From the IMG/VR virus record IMGVR_UViG_3300026488_000238: DNA of 64,000 nt. One strand, 5' to 3'. A model generated the notes under the pieces. The model saw only the letters and a program-made list of their open reading frames with translations, was not told where the DNA came from and searched no databases. Shown in pieces: positions 9,998 to 19,196 of this stretch. The translations under genes and the position numbers were made by a program. Source of the stretch: an uncultured virus (IMG/VR IMGVR_UViG_3300026488_000238) (lineage: Duplodnaviria > Heunggongvirae > Uroviricota > Caudoviricetes). Every line of letters starts with the position of its first letter. Positions within the stretch are counted from its first letter, which is position 1.

Positions 9998-10540
9998 ATG
10001 AAAGAGGAAAAAAAAGTTTCACCAAAATTTAATATCAAAAAATGGGCTTTTAATTCATTTGTTGTTGATACAGTTATTATATTGCTATATTTTGCTTGGA
10101 TATTCATAGCATCATCTTGGTGGATGTATTGGATAGGTGTTATTGTGTTATCAATTATTGCGGGCTTAGTGTCAGATAGTGAACACATAATCGTATCGAT
10201 AGTAATTAGCTTAATAATAATGATAGCGCTTACGATGTTTATATATCCATGGTTATTTTTACATTACAATTTAGCCGCGCAATATCAGTGTCTTGGCCCT
10301 CTTGTGAATGATAGCGATGTGATAACGCATTTGGTGCAATATAAAGAAATGATAGTAACTAGCACATTTACCATTTTTCCCGATAATCATAAAATACATG
10401 GCGACTTTTCATGCATTCCACAAAAGAAGTTAGTGTATGTTAGATTAAACAATATGTCCGCTACTATTCTTGAATCAGAAATTAAAACTGCAAGCATAAC
10501 TACACAAAAAACGCATCCGGGACGACAAATTATTCGTTAA
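9998..10540 (+). CDS. Membrane protein (about 3 N-terminal TM helices plus small soluble domain)
   Basis: Hydrophobic segments in residues ~20-90. Confidence 0.75.
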   Translation: MKEEKKVSPKFNIKKWAFNSFVVDTVIILLYFAWIFIASSWWMYWIGVIVLSIIAGLVSDSEHIIVSIVISLIIMIALTMFIYPWLFLHYNLAAQYQCLGPLVNDSDVITHLVQYKEMIVTSTFTIFPDNHKIHGDFSCIPQKKLVYVRLNNMSATILESEIKTASITTQKTHPGRQIIR

Positions 10541-11099
10541 TTTGTTCTAGTATTTGCAATATTTTTTGCGATTGCTTGGAAGATATTGTAAATATTAATC
10601 TTCCATAGTATGCAGAAGGATTTGTATTTGTTATTTTTTCCCAATTATTAACAATATCATAATTTCCGACAAAAGCGGCGAGAACAATTTTTCTTGTTTC
10701 ATCTACAATAATTGTAATAGGTACTGCATATCTTGTATCACCGGCTTGTGAAAACAAAGTATCGTATATCATTTCTGCCACGGCTTCTTTTTCTTTTGCA
10801 CTAACATCGATAAAAACATAAGGAATATTTAATGTTTTAAGCGCACTTATCATTGTATTTGTGTGTTCACAATATTTAACGCCGAAAACATACGCATGCA
10901 GCTTTACTTTTTTGCCTTGTATTGTAACCGTTGAAGTCGGTAGTGTTGTAGCACTATCAGAATTAGAAAAAGTGGGAATACTACTAGGAGAATCGGTATC
11001 AATAGCTGGTGATGAATGTGTAAGTAAATATGTGCTAGTAAAAAGGCCGCCAATTAATATAGCGGCGGCCACTAACAGCGTTGAAATAAATTTTTTCAT
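10530..11099 (-). CDS. Exported glutaredoxin/thioredoxin-fold protein with CxxT motif
   Basis: Signal/anchor helix, S/T-rich linker, then YVFGVKYCEHT...LNIPYVFIDV...AVPITII (glutaredoxin-like, with cis-Pro VP motif). Confidence 0.65.
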   Translation of the reverse strand: MKKFISTLLVAAAILIGGLFTSTYLLTHSSPAIDTDSPSSIPTFSNSDSATTLPTSTVTIQGKKVKLHAYVFGVKYCEHTNTMISALKTLNIPYVFIDVSAKEKEAVAEMIYDTLFSQAGDTRYAVPITIIVDETRKIVLAAFVGNYDIVNNWEKITNTNPSAYYGRLIFTISSKQSQKILQILEQINE

Positions 11100-11105
11100 A
11101 TCACA

Positions 11106-12872
11106 TCACTTTTTACTTTTCTTTTTCTTTCCTGAAGTTTTTGAGTTTTCTTCTGCTTTTACTTTTTTATTACGAATAAAGGCGTTAATTAATGGGTGCT
11201 TTGAAATATAATATATATTTTCATGTTCTATCCAGTTGTTGAGATCTGTTAATTTTACTAATAAATAGCCTTGACCTTTTATCTTGTGTGGAATAGTACC
11301 CTCGATATACAGGCCATATTCTCCTATTAGCTCTATAGCCCATTCAGGCATTTCTTCTACCGCAAATACAATTGGCTGTTCGGGTAAATCGTAACATACT
11401 TTTTCATCATTCCCATCCATGACATAAATAATGCCGGCAATTTCATCGGCAAATTTTTCAAGAAAGTCAATGGCTACAGAATGCTCAATCTCTGCCATTA
11501 GTTTTTCTTCGTCCGGCGATATGTTTTCTTCCTTTGTCTTGATTTCCTCAACGGGCATTGGTTTTTTTTCTTCCTTTGTTATAGAATCGGTCTTTTCTTT
11601 TGTTTCAGCCACAGTTTCGCTTTCTTTTGTGGACTCTTCTTCCTCTATATCAGGTAAAGTAATTTGTTCATTATATTCATCATTTTTTGGCTCTGCATTT
11701 TCCTGTTTTGATTCTGATGCGGGAAGTGTTTCTTCTTTCTTTTTAGATCCACCAGTTAGGATGTCCAATACTTCTTGCTTCTTTTGGGTGGTTTCTGTGT
11801 TTGGTTTATTTGGGGCAATATTTTCATCTATTATTAAGGTTGGTTCTGCTGTGTGTTGGTGTAGTTCGGCAGATTGAATGTTATTATTAACTGTTTGCGT
11901 AATAATTTTACTTTGTACCGTGTCATCATTACGATCAACAATTACCGCGCTCGCTTCTGCTTCGGAATTTTGATGTTTTTCAATTGTCACATCTTCAACT
12001 CTATTACTACCAGCAGCCTTTACCTCTTCGCCGGCAACATCAAGAGTTTTTTCACCTGCATGCACTTGTACTTTCTCAGATTGAATATGCACAGAAGCTT
12101 CTTTTACTTTTATATCTTCATCATTTGTGCCTGAAAAGCCCTCCAATGTAGCCACTATTTTGTTATCTTCCTCTTCAAGTTCTTCTGTTTTCTTGGGCAA
12201 AGCCTCACGCTTTAATGTCGCTATGTCAGATAAGCGTTCACTGTACATATAATCTGCCATATATGACTCAAGAATGCTGTATGTAACATTGTGATAATAT
12301 TTTTCTATTTCACTGACAATGAATTTAACTTTGTCTTTATCATCAAGCGCGGCGGAATTAACAATTGCTTCAACTGTTATTCTTTCATTAAATGATAAAT
12401 TGCTAATAACTACATCCTGAGGCAAATTCTCCTTGTGTTTTAAAATAATACGAAAACCATTATCTTTTGAATCTGTTTCAGTCCAACCATATTTTGTCAG
12501 TGCTGTCCATACTGGGCCCAATATTGTTTTGTCTGTTTCATTGATTACAATGTATTTCAAATGTCTTTTAATCCACAAATCATCAATTGCAGCAGCAAGA
12601 TCTGCGAGATCGCTTAAGCTAAGTGGTACCCTTGTTTTAACAATTATTTTATATGCATCATAATTTGTGTCCCATATAACATCTACCATTCCACCATGCT
12701 TTTTGTCTAGCCTGTCTTCATCTTCAACATCAATAGTGTCCACGATAAACAATGTATCAGCATTTTCAGGTGTATCAATTATTTGAGCCGGCATAATGCC
12801 CATAATCATTTCTCCTAGCTGTTTATTCAATGATTCGTCATATGCTACTTTAACATAAATCTTGCCTACCAA
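11106..12872 (-). CDS. Acidic hypothetical protein with long E/K/T-rich disordered centre
   Basis: 588-aa ORF, TTG start with GGAGGTGA RBS. Confidence 0.8.
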   Translation of the reverse strand: MVGKIYVKVAYDESLNKQLGEMIMGIMPAQIIDTPENADTLFIVDTIDVEDEDRLDKKHGGMVDVIWDTNYDAYKIIVKTRVPLSLSDLADLAAAIDDLWIKRHLKYIVINETDKTILGPVWTALTKYGWTETDSKDNGFRIILKHKENLPQDVVISNLSFNERITVEAIVNSAALDDKDKVKFIVSEIEKYYHNVTYSILESYMADYMYSERLSDIATLKREALPKKTEELEEEDNKIVATLEGFSGTNDEDIKVKEASVHIQSEKVQVHAGEKTLDVAGEEVKAAGSNRVEDVTIEKHQNSEAEASAVIVDRNDDTVQSKIITQTVNNNIQSAELHQHTAEPTLIIDENIAPNKPNTETTQKKQEVLDILTGGSKKKEETLPASESKQENAEPKNDEYNEQITLPDIEEEESTKESETVAETKEKTDSITKEEKKPMPVEEIKTKEENISPDEEKLMAEIEHSVAIDFLEKFADEIAGIIYVMDGNDEKVCYDLPEQPIVFAVEEMPEWAIELIGEYGLYIEGTIPHKIKGQGYLLVKLTDLNNWIEHENIYYISKHPLINAFIRNKKVKAEENSKTSGKKKKSKK

Positions 12873-12874
12873 AT

Positions 12875-13060
12875 TTATTCACCTCCCGTGTTAACTTCAT
12901 CAGTTACTGTAACCGCATAAAAATAGTGATTTGTATACTTGCTTACATAAGATAGAATTTCCTTATGTCGCGTTGTGTTGTTGGGGATTAATAATATATA
13001 CGCCCCCTCTGGTATTTTTTGCACATCAGTCACATCATCTACTAATATAAGGGGTAGCAT
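12875..13060 (-). CDS. Small hypothetical protein
   Basis: 61 aa with GGAGGAG RBS, tightly packed in a minus-strand operon. Confidence 0.7.
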   Translation of the reverse strand: MLPLILVDDVTDVQKIPEGAYILLIPNNTTRHKEILSYVSKYTNHYFYAVTVTDEVNTGGE

Positions 13061-13075
13061 AATGCTCCTCCCCCT

Positions 13076-13657
13076 TTATCTGTTGTATAAGAATTCATAT
13101 ATTCTTTCAAGCTCTCCCTGAGGTAATAACCCAAGAATTAAAACTCTCGGCATCCATACTTCAGGATCCTCAATAACAATATATTGATCAGGATCATCCG
13201 ATGGAGCCATAGATATACTTACATCTGCAACCGTAATATCAACCGAATGCTCTTTATCAAAGATAGTGTAAGTTCTCTCATAAGTTTCTCTCATTCCAGA
13301 TGTGATTAAATTATAATAAGCCTCTAACATGATTTGTGTATCCAAATATAATTTTCCTAAATAATAACCTACAGAATAACTGATTTCATTATTCTTTTTG
13401 CGCTTTGATATTTTTACAATTAATCCTCCGGGAATTTTAACAGCAACAGAGCCTATCGTGGAACCATATTCTCCCTTTTTTTCAATACTTTCTGCAAAAT
13501 CCGCCCACGCTGTCGGGTCGTATTGCATAGGGTCGGAACGATAATCAATAGCTAACTTTGCAATAGTAGCTAAAATTTCCGGCGATAGAATGTTGTTATA
13601 AATTGCAACATCACCATCAGGCGTAACCTCAAAGCGCATTTTAGATATCCATAACAT
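13076..13657 (-). CDS. Hypothetical protein
   Basis: 193 aa with AAAGGAGGT RBS. Confidence 0.8.
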   Translation of the reverse strand: MLWISKMRFEVTPDGDVAIYNNILSPEILATIAKLAIDYRSDPMQYDPTAWADFAESIEKKGEYGSTIGSVAVKIPGGLIVKISKRKKNNEISYSVGYYLGKLYLDTQIMLEAYYNLITSGMRETYERTYTIFDKEHSVDITVADVSISMAPSDDPDQYIVIEDPEVWMPRVLILGLLPQGELERIYEFLYNR

Positions 13658-13718
13658 AGTGACAGACCTCCTTTTTACTAAATTTTATTGCTATGTTAAT
13701 TATATCGCTAAAAGTTTT

Positions 13719-14135
13719 TTATTTATAGCGCACATCCATATCACAGACAAGAATTAATTGTCCAACTCCACCTCCACTTTTGATATCGCACTTATGATCA
13801 ATAAAATATTGTCTTTCTGCCGGTGTTAAAGAGGCAATAAATCGCGCTTTGATAGCGTTATATGAATCTAATCCTATTCCCATGGGCCCCACAGCTGCTT
13901 CATCACTTGCCGGATTAAATGATTCAATGGCTGTTTTAATTGTGGTATTGTATTCCTTTGCATAGAAGTTTTTCCAATCTCTATAAAGCGCCCATCCTGC
14001 CGTGCTATGATTATAAGCTGAAACAGCATAAGTTGAGCCATAACTTAAAATTAATAATCCAGCCGTGATAGCTAATAATAGCCCTATTATTTGTACCAAC
14101 CCCCATCCTTTCATTAAACTATCAAATAAATACAT
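13719..14135 (-). CDS. Type IV prepilin-like protein
   Basis: Class III signal-like KG|WGLVQIIGLLLAITAGLLIL (Q in place of E5); Cys pair near the C-terminus. Confidence 0.55.
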   Translation of the reverse strand: MYLFDSLMKGWGLVQIIGLLLAITAGLLILSYGSTYAVSAYNHSTAGWALYRDWKNFYAKEYNTTIKTAIESFNPASDEAAVGPMGIGLDSYNAIKARFIASLTPAERQYFIDHKCDIKSGGGVGQLILVCDMDVRYK

Positions 14136-14142
14136 GTTTATA

Positions 14143-14694
14143 TCACCTCACTATAACGTGACATTGTGCGTCATTTTTATTGTTTTTAACAACTGCCCAG
14201 GAAATCCAATAATATCTAGTAATTCCAGCGTTTTTATAATAAACCTGCAATAACATAAAATGATCTAATCCCCAATTTCTCGCCTGAGCATTGTAACCGT
14301 TAAATTGTTTATAATAATGGCTTGCCGCACTTAAATTGCTGTTATTAGGATCTAAATCAACCCACGATAACTCAACATCAATTCCAATATTATTTTGGAT
14401 ATCCTTAAATATCTTTTCCCATTCACTCATTGCTAAATACCAATTTTGATCATTAGGATCATTTGCTTTTATAACATTAAAAATCACATCGCCATTAGGG
14501 ATTGAACTAATATCAACATAATTAAGGCTTACTTTATCCATTGCAATTGAACATGCAACAGCGCCAACTGAATATGGCACGGTATTCCAATTAGCCGTTT
14601 CCATAGGGGCAACGTATCCCGGCATTAAAAAAGCCATTGAAGCCATAATGATAAACACACTTATGCCTAATAATAGCACGGAATAACCCTTCAT
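14143..14694 (-). CDS. Minor type IV prepilin-like protein
   Basis: MKG|YSVLLLGISVFIIMASMAFL N-terminus with no E5; two Cys; pilin-sized. Confidence 0.5.
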   Translation of the reverse strand: MKGYSVLLLGISVFIIMASMAFLMPGYVAPMETANWNTVPYSVGAVACSIAMDKVSLNYVDISSIPNGDVIFNVIKANDPNDQNWYLAMSEWEKIFKDIQNNIGIDVELSWVDLDPNNSNLSAASHYYKQFNGYNAQARNWGLDHFMLLQVYYKNAGITRYYWISWAVVKNNKNDAQCHVIVR

Positions 14695-14706
14695 CGTCTC
14701 ACCCCT

Positions 14707-15123
14707 TTATCTTGCTACTGGTACCCAAATTTCATAATTGCCGATTCCGACTCTATAAACAAGTGTTGGACACGCTTGCAAAACGTTTTCATAACTTGAT
14801 TTATTGCGTGCAAATTGGGCAAATGGCGTGTTTAATACATTTCTGCCTTGCCACGCTACACTGGCTAATTCACCATAATAACTTACTCCATCAATTGTAT
14901 ATGGCCGTGTTATTAATAATAAACCGCGTGGATGCGGCGTGGGCTCATCGCTAGTCCAAATAGCATTATTTGCTGTAACATATGCAGTTTGCTGTATAAT
15001 AAATGTCTCAGTGGCAGGAATGCTATAGACCTGAATAATTGTCCATAGCCAACTTGTCATTAGAAAAAAGGCAATAATCATAAGCAATCCGACGGCGTGA
15101 TATATTAAATCTTCATAAGACAT
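14707..15123 (-). CDS. Pilin-like single-TM protein
   Basis: Start corrected to ATG 15123 (AAGGAGGG RBS); MSYEDL followed by a hydrophobic helix; first gene of the three-gene pilin-like cluster. Confidence 0.45.
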   Translation of the reverse strand: MSYEDLIYHAVGLLMIIAFFLMTSWLWTIIQVYSIPATETFIIQQTAYVTANNAIWTSDEPTPHPRGLLLITRPYTIDGVSYYGELASVAWQGRNVLNTPFAQFARNKSSYENVLQACPTLVYRVGIGNYEIWVPVAR

Positions 15124-15272
15124 TGTTTTTCCCTCCTTATGTAAACAGTAAGATAATACCCATTTTAAATATAAAACTTGTTGTCGTAAATGACATGTGA
15201 ATATTGCCATTATAAGAGCTGATAACGCTTATATTTTAAAAGAAGATTAACAAAATAAGGAGGCGAATATTT

Positions 15273-17876
15273 ATGGCAACTGAACATGTATTTAGAATTA
15301 AATTGCCGCCGGCAGCTTTTACTACAAATAATAAGGCACAAGTGGCTCAATGGGTAATGAGTGATAAAACTACAAGAATGGTGAGGTATTTCTTTGCTCG
15401 TAATACCAAAGTTAATATTTCCAACAAAATGATTAAGATTTACGATCCACGCGATGATTCTCGGCAAATATTAAATGATCAAATAGTTTTTAATTTTTAT
15501 GAAGAGGATGATTTTATTTTACCGGGCAATAGTGGCTTCACAAAGCAAATGGCGGCGGCCGTAGCTAATTCTACTGTTCGCGAAGTTGATGATTTAACGC
15601 CCATGGATTTTGAAAGCATTTTCTTGCCAGGGAAAAGGTTTAATTACACGTTAAAAGGCGAATATCTTGTGTTAAGTTCCAAACAAAAAATAAATCCGCA
15701 AAAAATAGAAGAAGAGTATAACATGTTAGCAAACAGATATGATGCGGAATATTCTGCATCGAGAAAAAAGGCGTGGCGCGAACTGAAAAGAGTGCAAATG
15801 TTGCATTGGTTTGTTAATTTCCCGGTTGTATTCGGCTTTGATTTGTATGATTTACCGGCAGAAGTTACTGGGCAAAATATTCTTGAAGTAATTACTGATG
15901 TCATGAATCAGACAGGCTCACCCTTTATTGTTTTATATCAAGGGCGCTTATTATCTCCGGATGAAGAAGTGTTATTCAAGAAGGTTTACATTGGCGAAAT
16001 GCAAAAGGCGGCAATGAATGAGCAAAAAGATGTTACAAGGCAAGTAGAAACAGCGACAAAAGCCCAATTGTATGCACAGATATTAACTGAGGCCTTACAT
16101 GAAAAACAAGAAAAGCTAATGGAAGCAAAAATTTCTTTCTTTGTCTTTACCCACCCGGCAGCAACTGAAACAATGAAAAAAACATTGGAGCAATTATATG
16201 CAGTTATTACCTCTACAAGAGAATTTCTTGTGCATAAATTGATAAATGAGGAGCTGGTAGAACGATTTGCGCTGCTATTCCCTAATGCCGTTAAGGAAGA
16301 TCACGATATTCAGGGCTTTGTTACTACTGATGGAATATTTGCAGCAGCCGGGCCGTTTGTAGGCACAAATCTTGAGTTTGGTCGTTATCCATTTGGTAAA
16401 TCTTTTAGAATTCACCCGATGACAACTAATTTCACAGATGCGCAAGAAGCTGGTGCTGCATTTTTTGATCCAATTGAAGCATATCACGATAAAATAAGCC
16501 CTAATGCACATATTATTGTATCTGGTGCATCAGGTTCAGGTAAATCAATGACAGTAAAAGGATTAATACGACGTTTTTCTTTGAAATACGGAGATCGTAT
16601 GCATATTGTTATTGCAGACGCTTCGGGCGAATATACATTAGGAAATGCAATGTTTATGCGTTTCTTGGAAGGTGAAATATACGATTCACAAGCAAAAGAA
16701 GATAGTTTATACGAAGGCGTACCAAGACACCCATTGCTTATTAATCCGATGACAATTGCCGCTGAATTATGGGATAATCCGTCTCTTGATAAACTAAACC
16801 TTGTGCGTGCAGCAATTGATAGATTAGACCAATTTTTAAAAATTGTTGTTGAAAATTTAGATGATTATCAGCGTGGTTTGGTTTTGAATATGGCAAAAGA
16901 GTTGTATTTCCTTGGTCCACCGGTAATTACTGGATATAAATATGATGAGTATGGCGTACGTATACCGGTTATTTCATATCTTTATTGGAATCAATACATA
17001 GAAGCCGTGCAAAAGGCTATGCCCGATCGTACTCCTGACCAACTGGTTGATATTATTTATCAATTAGTGGATACGAGCACTTCCGGAGACAATGGGGTGC
17101 AGCCTATTTACAGATCACCAACATTACAAGATTTATTAATTGTAATGGAAGCTCGTGGTTTAACACGTTCTTCAATATATACAACACTTTATAAAATGGT
17201 GAACGGTGGCGCCGGTGCTATTCTTGGCAGCGAATCAACACATATTTCACTGGATAAGAAGTTAGTAGGTCTTTACGTACCTAATAATATCGATGGTGTG
17301 CCAATACAAGTGCCAACACATGTATTCTATGTTACATTAATTAATCAAATGGTAATGGAATGGGAACACAGATATAATGCTGATCCTTCCTGGCGTGAAC
17401 ATCACTTAATGGTGGTGCTTGATGAGTTTTGGCAGTACTTGGAAACAGACGCCTACGGGCAGGTAAAATTAGCCGATATTCTTGATAGATGGATAAGATT
17501 TGAAAGAAAATTTAACATTTCTTTCATATTGCTCTCTCAGAACTTCCAAGATGACTTTGTCAAAAAACTTCCTGCGCTCTATCAAAACAGTGCTATTAAA
17601 TTAATAGGTAAACAAGAAAAGAGTAGCGAAGATGCAATGGCGGCGGTGACAGGAACTGGAGTGGGTGGCTTACCTATTAATGTTTTAGAAATGATGACTC
17701 AGTTAACGCCTGGACACTTCTTTATTAATACGCCACAGGGAACATCGTTAACATATGTTTCATTGTCACCGCTAGAAATGGCGCTGTATGACACATCTGG
17801 CGCTTATGTGCTTGAAGATGTAATGACGATTGAGGATGTTAGGAAAGGAGGTCAGTCTTATGAAGAAGTCTTTTAA
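15273..17876 (+). CDS. virB4: VirB4/TraC-family type IV secretion ATPase
   Basis: HIIVSGASGSGKS Walker A, VVLDEFWQY Walker B, RKFNISFILLSQ motif, C-terminal PGHFF; 867 aa. Confidence 0.88.
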   Translation: MATEHVFRIKLPPAAFTTNNKAQVAQWVMSDKTTRMVRYFFARNTKVNISNKMIKIYDPRDDSRQILNDQIVFNFYEEDDFILPGNSGFTKQMAAAVANSTVREVDDLTPMDFESIFLPGKRFNYTLKGEYLVLSSKQKINPQKIEEEYNMLANRYDAEYSASRKKAWRELKRVQMLHWFVNFPVVFGFDLYDLPAEVTGQNILEVITDVMNQTGSPFIVLYQGRLLSPDEEVLFKKVYIGEMQKAAMNEQKDVTRQVETATKAQLYAQILTEALHEKQEKLMEAKISFFVFTHPAATETMKKTLEQLYAVITSTREFLVHKLINEELVERFALLFPNAVKEDHDIQGFVTTDGIFAAAGPFVGTNLEFGRYPFGKSFRIHPMTTNFTDAQEAGAAFFDPIEAYHDKISPNAHIIVSGASGSGKSMTVKGLIRRFSLKYGDRMHIVIADASGEYTLGNAMFMRFLEGEIYDSQAKEDSLYEGVPRHPLLINPMTIAAELWDNPSLDKLNLVRAAIDRLDQFLKIVVENLDDYQRGLVLNMAKELYFLGPPVITGYKYDEYGVRIPVISYLYWNQYIEAVQKAMPDRTPDQLVDIIYQLVDTSTSGDNGVQPIYRSPTLQDLLIVMEARGLTRSSIYTTLYKMVNGGAGAILGSESTHISLDKKLVGLYVPNNIDGVPIQVPTHVFYVTLINQMVMEWEHRYNADPSWREHHLMVVLDEFWQYLETDAYGQVKLADILDRWIRFERKFNISFILLSQNFQDDFVKKLPALYQNSAIKLIGKQEKSSEDAMAAVTGTGVGGLPINVLEMMTQLTPGHFFINTPQGTSLTYVSLSPLEMALYDTSGAYVLEDVMTIEDVRKGGQSYEEVF

Positions 17877-19161
17877 TCGATTATTTGCCGGAATAGCGAT
17901 ATTGCTTTTAATAATGGGCTATATTTCAATAGCATTATTGCCTATAGCATCTGCGAAAGGGCTGGATGGTAATTACGATGAAGACGATATGATGATGATT
18001 GCATCGTCAATGTTCTTTGCAACTTGTAATAATGGTGAAAAATATGTAATTGTAACGCCTGATGATGTGTGGACTGCATTTCAGACGGCAGGAAACAATG
18101 TTGGCGACATACCAAAACCGTTAAGTTTTACTACTAATATTGGTGCTAGCGGCTATGGAATGGTCGCAAATAATGATTTGGCAAAAATTTTAACTTCACA
18201 TTGTGATGATGCTAAGCCTATTAGCCCAATAAAAATAGGAGATACAACTTATGACATTACTTTTAAAGTTAATAATAGCATTGCTGATGAATATCTTTCA
18301 GCAGGAGACAGTCAAGATACAACAACAGATACACAACAGGGATCAACAGATACGGAAACATATCCATTTAAAGATAGTGAATGGGTTAAAATGGTTAATA
18401 ATATTAAGGGCGACGAATCAGATCAAATAAAAGAACAAATAAACAAAAGTATTTTTGGAAAAATAGGTTTTACTATATCTCCTGCAACGGCTGGCTACTT
18501 AATGGCCCTTGTTATAGCAGTTAGCATCATAGGTGAAATGATAAAGCAAGCTCAAACACAGCAATTAACACCGGCGCATTTTTTAAAAATTATCGTTGCG
18601 GCTACTGGACAGTATCTAAAAGTCGCCATATTAGGCATGTTTATATTATATTTGGTTAACAATAGAGGAAGTTTCAATGGTGGATTAGCAGTTCACTTTA
18701 TGACAGAGATAGCGTGGCAAATGGCGACTATGTTTACACTGTGGGCACTCAATGCTTCATGGGCAATTATAGCGAATTTTATTGCTAAAATTGCATCAGT
18801 TGCGGCATTCATATTGTTCGCATGGATTTATTATAAAGTAATTAAAATTATTGCATATGTATACGTAGCTAATTTCTTTGTTATAGCAAAATTAATGGTA
18901 ATTTCTGTTATATATCCATTGGTGGAATTTAGGTTTGTTCCTACCCTCTCTGGATATGTAACAAGGCTTATTGATACATCGATACAATCATTCTTTAGTT
19001 ATTCTATTACACTTGCCCTGCTTGCTTCAATTACTACCACGCTTGTTACAAAAACGGCCGGCAATGTTAACCCAGTATTCTTTGCATTTTTATTTATGGG
19101 CGTAATAGGAGTAATTTCTGAAATTCTTGCAAATCAAGTTAAGAATTTATCTACATTCTAA
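17860..19161 (+). CDS. VirB6/TrbL-like polytopic membrane protein
   Basis: Overlaps the virB4 stop; AAAGGAGGT RBS before ATG 17860; signal peptide (ASA|K), exported N-domain, about 6-7 C-terminal TM helices. Confidence 0.6.
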   Translation: MKKSFNRLFAGIAILLLIMGYISIALLPIASAKGLDGNYDEDDMMMIASSMFFATCNNGEKYVIVTPDDVWTAFQTAGNNVGDIPKPLSFTTNIGASGYGMVANNDLAKILTSHCDDAKPISPIKIGDTTYDITFKVNNSIADEYLSAGDSQDTTTDTQQGSTDTETYPFKDSEWVKMVNNIKGDESDQIKEQINKSIFGKIGFTISPATAGYLMALVIAVSIIGEMIKQAQTQQLTPAHFLKIIVAATGQYLKVAILGMFILYLVNNRGSFNGGLAVHFMTEIAWQMATMFTLWALNASWAIIANFIAKIASVAAFILFAWIYYKVIKIIAYVYVANFFVIAKLMVISVIYPLVEFRFVPTLSGYVTRLIDTSIQSFFSYSITLALLASITTTLVTKTAGNVNPVFFAFLFMGVIGVISEILANQVKNLSTF

Positions 19162-19196
19162 GATAAAGCACTAATCAAAGGAGGGGGTAATGCCGC

